Assembly (NCBI GenBank): GCA_947466965.1
Contig: CANIFU010000004.1
Coordinates: forward strand, 10,885-74,884
Direction of reading: 5' to 3'
Source of the DNA: Bacteroidota bacterium
GTDB lineage: Bacteria; Bacteroidota; Bacteroidia; 2-12-FULL-35-15
Length of the DNA: 64,000 nt
Below the pieces are notes generated by a model. That model was not told the origin of the DNA. It saw only the letters and a program-made list of their open reading frames with translations, and searched no databases. Numbering within the stretch: position 1 is the stretch's first letter; every line of letters starts with the position of its first letter. Both the position numbers and the translations under genes were made by a program. Of the stretch, positions 9,538 through 18,417 are shown piece after piece.

Positions 9538-10584
9538 ATGTTAGAAAATACCGACAGAACAGAATTGAGTAGTTTAGGCGAATTTGGATTGATTAAGCAC
9601 CTGACTCAATTTGTTGAAATCAAGAACGAAAGTACTATAAAAGGAATTGGTGATGACGCCGCTGTCATTGACTTCAAAGGAAAGCAAACTATCGTTTCAA
9701 CAGACATGCTTGTTGAAGGCGTACATTTCGATTTAGCCTATATGCCACTCAAGCATCTCGGATTCAAATCTGTTTCTGTAAATTTATCTGACATCTATGC
9801 TATGAATGCAATGCCAAAACAGATTACCATCTCTCTGGCAATATCTAGCCGCTTTTCGGTAGAAGCACTGGAAGAACTTTACGCTGGAATGATGATGGCC
9901 TGCAAAAAACACAATGTAGACATCGTTGGAGGTGATACTACAAGTTCGAAATCAGGATTGGTAATTAGCATAACTGCAATTGGTGAAGCTTCTAGCGATG
10001 AAATCGTTTACAGGAATACTGCAAAAGAAGGCGATTTACTTTGTGTTACCGGCGACCTTGGAGGTGCTTATGTTGGTTTACAACTGCTTGAACGTGAAAA
10101 GCAAATCTTCCTTGAATCACCTGGTGTTCAACCTGACCTGGAAGGAAATGATTACATTTTAGAAAGACAACTTAAACCGGAAGCAAGAAAAGATATTCCA
10201 GGATTATTAAAAAAACTAGAAGTTAAACCCACTTCTATGATCGATATTTCTGATGGATTAGCTTCAGAAATTCTTCACATCACTACCTTATCGAATGTTG
10301 GATGCAATTTATATGAGGAAAAAATTCCAATCGATCCCTCTACTTATAACATGGCTCGTGAATTCAATCTGGACCCTACCGTTTGCGCTTTAAGCGGCGG
10401 TGAAGATTATGAATTGTTATTTACCATTGATCAAGCAGATTTCCCTAAAATAAAAGCGAATCCCGACATAACTATTATTGGGCATGTTACACACATCAAA
10501 GAAGGCGTTAATCTCATTTCAAAAGGCGGAACATCCATGCCTTTAACAGCTCAAGGTTGGGACTCATTGCTAAATAAAAAATAA
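9538..10584 (+). CDS. thiL: Thiamine-monophosphate kinase
   Basis: The AIRS/PurM-like fold is indicated by GDDAAV, VSTDMLVEGVHF and DIVGGDTT. The start is probably the ATG at 9538 rather than the ORF-track 9490. Confidence 0.72.
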   Translation: MLENTDRTELSSLGEFGLIKHLTQFVEIKNESTIKGIGDDAAVIDFKGKQTIVSTDMLVEGVHFDLAYMPLKHLGFKSVSVNLSDIYAMNAMPKQITISLAISSRFSVEALEELYAGMMMACKKHNVDIVGGDTTSSKSGLVISITAIGEASSDEIVYRNTAKEGDLLCVTGDLGGAYVGLQLLEREKQIFLESPGVQPDLEGNDYILERQLKPEARKDIPGLLKKLEVKPTSMIDISDGLASEILHITTLSNVGCNLYEEKIPIDPSTYNMAREFNLDPTVCALSGGEDYELLFTIDQADFPKIKANPDITIIGHVTHIKEGVNLISKGGTSMPLTAQGWDSLLNKK

Positions 10585-10622
10585 AGATTCCGATTTGTTT
10601 CGAACTAAATAATTTTTGTTGC

Positions 10623-13586
10623 TTGCCCATGATAAAAGCAAAACATTTTTTTCTGTTTCTTTATCTCTTGCTAACCATAAACAGTGTTGCACAATCAACT
10701 TTTTTCAGGAATTACTCTGTTGAAGATGGACTTCCATTTATAAATGTTTCTGCTGTTTTTCAAGATAGCAAAGGAAATTTATGGAGTGGTGGATATGGTG
10801 GCTTGAGTAAATTTGATGGTGTTTCCTTCATAAACTTTTCTACGAAAGATGGGTTACTCAACCATTTTGTTAAAACGATATGTGAAGATGATCAAAAGAA
10901 TCTTTGGATAGGAACAATTAATGGTATTAACAAATATGATGGTAAAATATTTACTGGTTATTCGACTAAAAACGGAATGATAAATAATTCAATAACCGCT
11001 TCTTTAAAGGACAAAAAAGGTAATATTTGGTTCGGAACCGAAAATGGAATCAGCAAATTGTCCGATGGTACCTTTATCAATTTTTCAAAGAAAGACGGAC
11101 TGGTAGGGAATTATATCAAGTGTATTTATCAAGATGATAATGAAAATATTTGGATTGGTACAACAGAAGGAATTAGTGTTTTTGATGGGAAATCATTTGC
11201 TTCTATTACAATGGAAAATGGACTCCTTTCTAATTCAATAACAGCGATAACACAAGACCAACAAAAAAATATTTGGATTGCTTCATCAGAAGGAATTTGC
11301 AAACTCAAAAATAATTTAATTACCTGCTATACTAAAAATGATGGACTAATAGATAACAATATTACCTCTTTACTTTGCGATAATAAAAATGTTTTATGGA
11401 TTGGGACAACCAAAGGATTGGTGAAATTTTTTGACGAAATATTTACAACGTATTCTATTAAAAGAGACCCCAATAGCAATCTTATAAGTTGTTTATTTCA
11501 GGACTTTGAACACAACCTTTGGATCGGAACTTATTCCGGATTATTTAAATACAGAGGGAACCCTTTTTTAACCTATGGTATTCAAGATGGCTTAAGCAAT
11601 AATTTTATTTTCGGAATAAAACGTGATTCAAAAAATAATTTGTGGATAGGCTCATTAGGTGGTGGATTATTTAAATACGACAAAGGTGAATTTTTACAAT
11701 TTAATAAAGAAAACGGACTCAATGCAAACGGGGTTAACGTAATATATGAATATAGCCCCGAACTCTTGTGGCTTGGCACAGACGAAGGTCTTACAATTTA
11801 TGATGGTAAAATATTTAGTAAAAAGAAGGACACTTCTTCCGTTTGGAAAAAACCAATTAATTGTATTTATAAGGATTCGAAAAATAATATCTGGCTCGGT
11901 AGCGGAAAAAGAATTTATAAATATAATGGAGTAGCATTTACTTTATTTACTTTAAATGGTTTAACAGATAAATGCGATGTGTGGACCTTTGTAGAAGATA
12001 GAAGTGGAACAATTTGGGCCGGCAGCTATTTGGGTGGATTATTTAAACTTATTGGAAATAAATTTATTGAGTGTAGCAGACAAGTAGGATTAAAAAACGA
12101 CTCCTATTTAGCTTCACTAATTGACAATGAAGGAAATCTACTATTGGGAACAATGGATGGACTATGGATCATCAATCCAACTAACAGTGCTGTAAAACCT
12201 GTGAATTTTAGCGAAACGGATGGCATGAGTTCCGACCTCGTTTATTCACTTGCCTTTGGCTCATCAAAAAATCACGTTTGGGTAGGAACGAATCAGGGAT
12301 TAAATAGAATAAATCTCGAAGACTATAAAATTAATGGAAGTAAAAGGATCGTTCAATTTGGAAAACAAGAAGGCTTTTCAGGAGTAGAATGCAATGGAAA
12401 CGGAACGTTTGTTGATACAGATGGTTCAATCTGGTTTGGAACTGTTAATGGATTAATAAAATATGACCCACGTGAATACATCGAAAACAGCTTTGAATCA
12501 AAAACAAGTATCACTAATTTTCGCTTGTTTTATAAAGATACCGCTTTGTCAAATAATATTCACCTCCCATACAACAACAACAGTATTACTTTTAATTTCT
12601 CCGGAATCTGCTTAACCAATCCTCTAAAAGTACGGTATTCTCATATTCTTGAAGGAATTGAAAAAAACTGGTCACCACCCTCCAAAGACCGGCTAACAAC
12701 TTTTTCAAATTTACCTCCCGGTACATATACTTTTAAAGTAATTAGTTCTAACAACGAAGGAGTCTGGAATAAAATTCCTGCAACTTTTAACTTTACGATC
12801 GAACGCCCTTTCTGGAGAACATGGGCATTTTTAATATCTACTCTTCTCTTCTTTATTCTTGCTCTCTTTTTTTCAATAAGATACCGCATCCGCTTAATAA
12901 AAAATCGAGAAAAGAAAAAAACCGAAATAAATAAAAAAATCGCAAACATAGAATCGCAAGCATTAAGAGCTCAAATGAATCCTCATTTTATTTTCAATAC
13001 ACTAAGCTCAATTCAACATTATATTTCTAACAACGATACCGATGCTGCACTAAAATACCTTTCGAAATTCGCAAAATTAATGCGTAAAATAATGGATAAC
13101 TCCAAGCAGCAAATGATTGCTGTTGCCGAAGAAATAAATGCCTTAAATCTTTATCTTGAATTGGAAGTAATGCGTTTTGATAAAAAATTTGAATACCAAA
13201 TTATAATCGATCCAGAAATAGATCAGACATACGACCGAATTCCATCTATGCTCATTCAGCCATATGTTGAAAATGCTATCATTCATGGATTATTACCAAA
13301 ACAAGGAAATGGTAAAATATCGATTGAACTTAAAAAAATTAATGATACTCTATTATGCACCATCGAAGATAATGGTATAGGAAGAGAAAAATCGTTGGAA
13401 TTTAAGAAGAACAGAGTACAACAGCACAAATCAATGGGCATGAGCATAACAAAAGAACGACTAGATATTTTAAATTCGAGTTTAAACAGTAATATTAATG
13501 CTGAAATAATTGATCTTTTCGAAAATAGAAATTCTTCAGGCACGAAAGTTCAGTTAATCATACCCTTAGAGGCAAATGAATTTTAA
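10623..13586 (+). CDS. Two-component sensor histidine kinase with periplasmic beta-propeller (Y_Y_Y-type) repeats, LytS/YehU-type kinase core
   Basis: 987 aa. It has a signal/TM segment, many WIGT/GL..F repeats (two-component regulator propeller) and one TM helix. The His_kinase motif (NPHFIFNTL) and HATPase_c motifs (IEDNGIG) follow. Confidence 0.8.
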   Translation: MPMIKAKHFFLFLYLLLTINSVAQSTFFRNYSVEDGLPFINVSAVFQDSKGNLWSGGYGGLSKFDGVSFINFSTKDGLLNHFVKTICEDDQKNLWIGTINGINKYDGKIFTGYSTKNGMINNSITASLKDKKGNIWFGTENGISKLSDGTFINFSKKDGLVGNYIKCIYQDDNENIWIGTTEGISVFDGKSFASITMENGLLSNSITAITQDQQKNIWIASSEGICKLKNNLITCYTKNDGLIDNNITSLLCDNKNVLWIGTTKGLVKFFDEIFTTYSIKRDPNSNLISCLFQDFEHNLWIGTYSGLFKYRGNPFLTYGIQDGLSNNFIFGIKRDSKNNLWIGSLGGGLFKYDKGEFLQFNKENGLNANGVNVIYEYSPELLWLGTDEGLTIYDGKIFSKKKDTSSVWKKPINCIYKDSKNNIWLGSGKRIYKYNGVAFTLFTLNGLTDKCDVWTFVEDRSGTIWAGSYLGGLFKLIGNKFIECSRQVGLKNDSYLASLIDNEGNLLLGTMDGLWIINPTNSAVKPVNFSETDGMSSDLVYSLAFGSSKNHVWVGTNQGLNRINLEDYKINGSKRIVQFGKQEGFSGVECNGNGTFVDTDGSIWFGTVNGLIKYDPREYIENSFESKTSITNFRLFYKDTALSNNIHLPYNNNSITFNFSGICLTNPLKVRYSHILEGIEKNWSPPSKDRLTTFSNLPPGTYTFKVISSNNEGVWNKIPATFNFTIERPFWRTWAFLISTLLFFILALFFSIRYRIRLIKNREKKKTEINKKIANIESQALRAQMNPHFIFNTLSSIQHYISNNDTDAALKYLSKFAKLMRKIMDNSKQQMIAVAEEINALNLYLELEVMRFDKKFEYQIIIDPEIDQTYDRIPSMLIQPYVENAIIHGLLPKQGNGKISIELKKINDTLLCTIEDNGIGREKSLEFKKNRVQQHKSMGMSITKERLDILNSSLNSNINAEIIDLFENRNSSGTKVQLIIPLEANEF

Positions 13587-13663
13587 TTAAAGCATGTGAT
13601 GATCTGAAATTAAAAAAATAGTTACTGCAAACTTTCGTAAATTAGTACAAAATTCTAACGAGT

Positions 13664-14413
13664 ATGATAAAAGCAATTATAGTAGATGATGAACTAGGCG
13701 CACGCGAATCATTATCAAAAATGTTAGAAAAAAATTGCAAACAAATTGAAGTAGTTGGGAAAGTAGATTCTATGTTAAGTGCTTTTGAAGCCATTACAAA
13801 CAAGGAACCGGATCTGGTATTTCTAGATATTGAAATGCCCAATGGTAACGCGTTCGATCTGCTTGAAAAATTTAAAACGATCAATTTCAATATCATATTC
13901 ACTACCGCTTACGACCACTATGCTATAAAAGCAATTAAATTCAGTGCCGTTGATTATATCCTGAAGCCAATAGACCCAGAAGAACTTATTACAGCTGTTA
14001 AAAGATTTGAAGATCGATCAAGTGAAAAAGCGACACTTGATAAACAATTTAAAACGCTACTTTCAAATATAAGACCCGAAAACAAACTTAAAAAAGTAGG
14101 GATTCCGGATGGTGAAGGATTAATTTTTATAAACCTATCCGACATCATCCGCTGTGATTCAGATGGTAACTACACCTTTTTCATACTTACCAGCGGAAAA
14201 AAAATAATTGCATCCAGAACACTTGGTGAATACGAACATATGTTTGCTGATGATAACTTCTTTAGGATACACAGATCCCACCTAATTAATCTGGAACATG
14301 TTAAAAAATATATCAAAGGAGAAGGTGGATATGTTGTAATGACAGACAATTCACAAGTTGAGGTCTCCAGACGTAACAAAACAGATTTTCTCGAAAAACT
14401 TTCCCATTTATAA
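13664..14413 (+). CDS. LytTR-family response regulator
   Basis: 249 aa. The N-terminal receiver domain has IVDDE...D at ~54. The C-terminal LytTR DNA-binding domain follows. It lies immediately downstream of the sensor kinase. Confidence 0.85.
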   Translation: MIKAIIVDDELGARESLSKMLEKNCKQIEVVGKVDSMLSAFEAITNKEPDLVFLDIEMPNGNAFDLLEKFKTINFNIIFTTAYDHYAIKAIKFSAVDYILKPIDPEELITAVKRFEDRSSEKATLDKQFKTLLSNIRPENKLKKVGIPDGEGLIFINLSDIIRCDSDGNYTFFILTSGKKIIASRTLGEYEHMFADDNFFRIHRSHLINLEHVKKYIKGEGGYVVMTDNSQVEVSRRNKTDFLEKLSHL

Positions 14414-14697
14414 GTAAACCACTTAAATCTTAATTCATACCGCCCAATAAGTGAACCTGCCATTTACTCATTAGTGATATACTTATGTCCTTATGTGCCG
14501 TAATATTGTTCAGAAGTTCATTCATAAACTGTTTCTAAATAAATTAAAAAACAGGTGTTGGGTGGTTTGCAACAAAATTAATTGGCACATGGGGATGTTG
14601 TTTATATTAATTGGCAGACCGCCCACACCTTAACTCTAAAAATTTAAAATATCCGGCAAAGGAATACAACATACATAAATTTTATACCCTTAAAAAG

Positions 14698-14868
14698 ATG
14701 GCAATAATACAACTCTATTTTAACAACTTAAATTCAACAGCCATGAACAGAAAAACATCAATCAGAGACGGGCAAAATTTCCATCAAGATGGAATCGGCA
14801 CCGTAACAATTTTATTAGCGATTGCAACAGTAACAATTATCTTCTTCAGCATCTATAATGCTTTTTAA
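14698..14868 (+). CDS. Putative small hydrophobic peptide (41-56 aa, single TM)
   Basis: An ATG at 14698 or 14743 leads to ...GTVTILLAIATVTIIFFSIYNAF*. A strong intrinsic terminator follows directly. I do not recognise any family. Confidence 0.25.
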   Translation: MAIIQLYFNNLNSTAMNRKTSIRDGQNFHQDGIGTVTILLAIATVTIIFFSIYNAF

Positions 14869-14905
14869 TAATTCAGTTTTGTTTGTTTAGTTTAGTTTAG
14901 AGCCC

Positions 14906-14948
14906 AAGAGCGGCACCTTTGAGAGCAGGTGTCGCTCTTACTTTTTTA
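14906..14948 (+). terminator. Rho-independent terminator
   Basis: AAGAGCGGCACCT ... AGGTGTCGCTCTT forms a 13-bp stem with one mismatch, followed by TTTTTT. It is preceded by a (GTTTA)n micro-repeat at 14876-14900. Confidence 0.6.
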
Positions 14949-15033
14949 AAACTACTCAGTATTTATTCCAGCAACTTTATCTAAAAATTCTCCGAATAGA
15001 ACTCGTTGAATTTTACTATCAGACAACGACTAA

Positions 15034-15834
15034 TCAATATTGATTGCGATAGGTCCTCGTTGCAAACAATTCCAATTCTTTTACTGTTTCTTTAGGAGCC
15101 TCATAAAAGCTCATGTGTCCCGAATTTTCTAACATCAATACAGATGGATATTTACACAATGCCATCTGAGAATACATCGTTTCGTAATCAATTACGCCAT
15201 CTTTTTTTCCGATAATAAATAAAACAGGAAACGCTGTGAACTTTAAAATCAGGTCTCTGCTCTTACGTTCTTTCATCCCTTCCAAACTGTTAATAATAGA
15301 TTGTCTGGAAATTTTTGAAGCAATTCTTTTTACTTTTTCCACTTCTTTGGGGATAATCGAAATATTATCAGGAGCAAATAAAGAAGTTACTACTTCTGAT
15401 ACATAATGCCTGTGTTCCTTTTTAACCAAACGAATAACTTTTTCACGTTCTTTTTTCTTCTCTTCTGAGTCGGCATAGGAAGTGGAATTAAACAAACAAA
15501 GTCCGCTTACATTTTCTGGATATAATTCAGCAAAGGCTAAAGCAACATAGCCTCCCATGGAATGTCCGGTTATAATATAGCGCCTGAGTCCTACTTTATC
15601 AAGCACTGCTTTTACACTTTGTGCAAGCAGTTCCATGCTGTGATAATAGCCAATGGAGGGTGTTTCACCATGCCCAGGCAGATCAATTGCAATTACACGA
15701 AATTTCCTTGAAAGTTTTTTTACGAATTCACTCCACACTTCATGTGAACCTAAAAACCCATGCAACAATACCAATACTCGACCTTTGCCAGTATCCGTAT
15801 AATGAATTTTTGACTTTTTGAATTCTGCTAACAT
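15034..15834 (-). CDS. Alpha/beta hydrolase fold protein
   Basis: 266 aa. It has the HGFLGS oxyanion motif and the GHSMGG nucleophile elbow. Confidence 0.8.
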   Translation of the reverse strand: MLAEFKKSKIHYTDTGKGRVLVLLHGFLGSHEVWSEFVKKLSRKFRVIAIDLPGHGETPSIGYYHSMELLAQSVKAVLDKVGLRRYIITGHSMGGYVALAFAELYPENVSGLCLFNSTSYADSEEKKKEREKVIRLVKKEHRHYVSEVVTSLFAPDNISIIPKEVEKVKRIASKISRQSIINSLEGMKERKSRDLILKFTAFPVLFIIGKKDGVIDYETMYSQMALCKYPSVLMLENSGHMSFYEAPKETVKELELFATRTYRNQY

Positions 15835-15895
15835 TGTTTGATGTCCTAATTATACTTTTGAACGATTAACATTTTCAAATTGACATATTTCCAAA

Positions 15896-17185
15896 TTATT
15901 TCCCCATCAAAGCTTCAATTTCTTCGGCTTCTAAAGGAATATGTTTCATTAGATCATCGGGACCATTTGCAGTAACAAGAATGTCGTTTTCCAATCTGAT
16001 GCCTAAGTTTTCTTCCGGAATATAAATTCCAGGCTCGCATGTAAAAACCATACCTGCTTCTAATTTACGATTGAAATCTCCAACATCATGCACATCTAAT
16101 CCTAAAAAGTGGGACGTGCCATGCATAAAATATTTTTTGTAAGCTGGCCAATCAGGGTTTTGTTTTTTAATGTCGTCCATCGTGATTAGTCCCAAATCCA
16201 CCAATTCTTTTTCCATCAACAAACCTACTGCTTTGTGATAATCCGGGATATTATTACCAACAGTCAGCATTGCTGTTGCGGCTTTCATAACTCTTAAAAC
16301 CGCGTTGTAAACTTGTTTTTGCCGAACATTAAATTTGCCACTCACAGGCAAACAACGTGTTAGATCACTGGCATAATTACCATATTCAGCAGCAACATCG
16401 AGTAAAATTACATCACCAGCTTTACACTCTTTATTGTTATCTACATAATGTAATACGCAGGCATTTCCACCCGAAGCAATGATAGGACCGTAAGCAAATC
16501 CACGTGAACGATTGGAAATAAATTCATGCACCAATTCTGCTTCTATCTGATATTCCATCACACCGGGCTTTACAAAGCTTAATAATCTACGAAAACCTTT
16601 TTCAGTAATGTTACATGCTTGTTGAATAAGCTCAACTTCATAATTCGATTTAATAGCACGCAATTTATGCATGATTGGTGCAGTACGTTCAACTTTATGC
16701 AATGGATATTTAGCGATAATATTTTTATTGAAACGCATTTCTGCTGTTTCTGTATCAATGTATCTTCGGGTGTGTTCGTTACTATTCAAATAAACATATT
16801 CCGCCTGAAAAATAACAGCTTTTAAAAAGGCTTCAAATCCATTACTCCACATCACATTTTTTATACCGGATGTTTCTGTTGCTTGTAATTTATTTAATTT
16901 AGCTCCTTCCCAGATCGCAATTAGTTCACTAGTTTCTTTCACAAATAAAATTTCCTTATGCGATCCATTTACTGCATCAGGATAAATTAATAAAATTGTT
17001 TCTTCCTGATCCACACCTGTCAGATAAAAAAGATCTGAATTCTGAACAAACCCAATCGAACCATCCGCATTGGTTGGCAAAATATCATTACTCGTAAAAA
17101 GAGCAATCGAATTCGGTTTTAAACTCGAAGCAAATCGTTTACGATTTTCAATAAATAAATTGGTGTTGATGGCAGAATATTTCAT
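15896..17185 (-). CDS. pepP: Xaa-Pro aminopeptidase (M24B family)
   Basis: 429 aa. It has a creatinase-like N-domain and an M24 pita-bread C-domain carrying the HGTSHFLGLDVHD metal-binding motif. Confidence 0.8.
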   Translation of the reverse strand: MKYSAINTNLFIENRKRFASSLKPNSIALFTSNDILPTNADGSIGFVQNSDLFYLTGVDQEETILLIYPDAVNGSHKEILFVKETSELIAIWEGAKLNKLQATETSGIKNVMWSNGFEAFLKAVIFQAEYVYLNSNEHTRRYIDTETAEMRFNKNIIAKYPLHKVERTAPIMHKLRAIKSNYEVELIQQACNITEKGFRRLLSFVKPGVMEYQIEAELVHEFISNRSRGFAYGPIIASGGNACVLHYVDNNKECKAGDVILLDVAAEYGNYASDLTRCLPVSGKFNVRQKQVYNAVLRVMKAATAMLTVGNNIPDYHKAVGLLMEKELVDLGLITMDDIKKQNPDWPAYKKYFMHGTSHFLGLDVHDVGDFNRKLEAGMVFTCEPGIYIPEENLGIRLENDILVTANGPDDLMKHIPLEAEEIEALMGK

Positions 17186-17312
17186 AAGAGATCTGTTTAA
17201 TTAATATTTCCAAAGATAGAATTTTATTGTTGTTACTTCAAATGGAAGAACATAAAAAAACCTCTGAACGTAAGTCAAAGGTTTTGGAAATGAATAGTCG
17301 TAAATATGTTTA

Positions 17313-18383
17313 TTAATGACGTTTCTGGAACAAGAATGGATTTGCAGAATTAAAACGAATCATAATTTCGGGACCACCTCTTAGCGTACTTACTTTGGTT
17401 AAAGCAGACGTATTAATGTCGTAACTGAAGCCGATTGCATACTGACCAATCTCTAACATAATAGCCGCAACAACAGCATCTTTATAACGATAATAAGCAC
17501 CCAATCCAATTGAAGAGCGTTTGATATAACCGGTGTATTTGGAATCATCTTTCAAATAGTATTTAATCATCATACCACCAACAATTTCTTTTGTTGGACC
17601 TTGCAACTGACAAAAAACAGCAGGCGCCAATCCAACATTAGAATGAGGAATTCCAATTAACAATTTACCATGAATAACGAACTTAGAAAAAAGTTTCTCG
17701 TTGGTTCCGACTAAAAACCTTTGTTTAGGTTGATTGATATGAAACATTGCAAATCCAAAATCAGCCTTTAGTTGATTGTTTTCACCAATTGATTTTTCCT
17801 CTCTCGAATAATTCCAAAGTAAACCAGCAGCAAAATCTGGGTAAATAAAACTCTGAGCACCATATTGCTCACCAGTTGCAATCGCTTGATCGTAACCGGT
17901 ACTACCATTGTATTGGTTTGAAAAAACAAATTTTGAGTAATCTACTGATTTCTGAACAACACCTGCTTGGAGGCCCAATGAAACAGAAGAGTATTCACCA
18001 GATTTAATAAATGTGGCAAAAGAAAGATTAACCTGATTGGTTCCCATATTCCCGTCACCCGCCTTATCACTATAAAATGAAAGCCCACCGGATAATCTGT
18101 TGAATGATTTTTTATATGCTCGGGTTTTAAATGCATCTACTTTATCCCAACTACTTGCTTTGAATTTCATTTCATAAGACGCTCCAAATGTTTTATAAGG
18201 CACCGTAACACTTCTCCACTGATCTTTATAAATAACAGATGCTCTCAATACATGAGAAACACCAGTTAAAGCAGGATTCATCAAAGAAGGATTTTCGTTG
18301 AACTGAGAGAAATGCATATCTTGCGAAAACAAATTCGTTCCAATAGAAAATACACTCCCAAGTATTAATATAATTTTTTTCAT
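17313..18383 (-). CDS. Type IX secretion system membrane protein, PorP/SprF family
   Basis: 356 aa. The signal peptide is followed by the characteristic QDMHFSQFNENPSLMNPALTG N-terminal motif. It sits directly downstream of a gliding-motility CTD protein, the usual cargo/PorP pairing. Confidence 0.82.
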   Translation of the reverse strand: MKKIILILGSVFSIGTNLFSQDMHFSQFNENPSLMNPALTGVSHVLRASVIYKDQWRSVTVPYKTFGASYEMKFKASSWDKVDAFKTRAYKKSFNRLSGGLSFYSDKAGDGNMGTNQVNLSFATFIKSGEYSSVSLGLQAGVVQKSVDYSKFVFSNQYNGSTGYDQAIATGEQYGAQSFIYPDFAAGLLWNYSREEKSIGENNQLKADFGFAMFHINQPKQRFLVGTNEKLFSKFVIHGKLLIGIPHSNVGLAPAVFCQLQGPTKEIVGGMMIKYYLKDDSKYTGYIKRSSIGLGAYYRYKDAVVAAIMLEIGQYAIGFSYDINTSALTKVSTLRGGPEIMIRFNSANPFLFQKRH

Positions 18384-18417
18384 AGCTTAATAACTTCCCT
18401 TTTTCTCATAAAAAATA

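Noticed and set aside
14611-14868. 85-aa ORF-track call starting at TTG
   Set aside because: The TTG start lies inside the putative inverted-repeat stem. Only the downstream ATG-initiated hydrophobic peptide (14698 or 14743) is plausible, and even that is low confidence.
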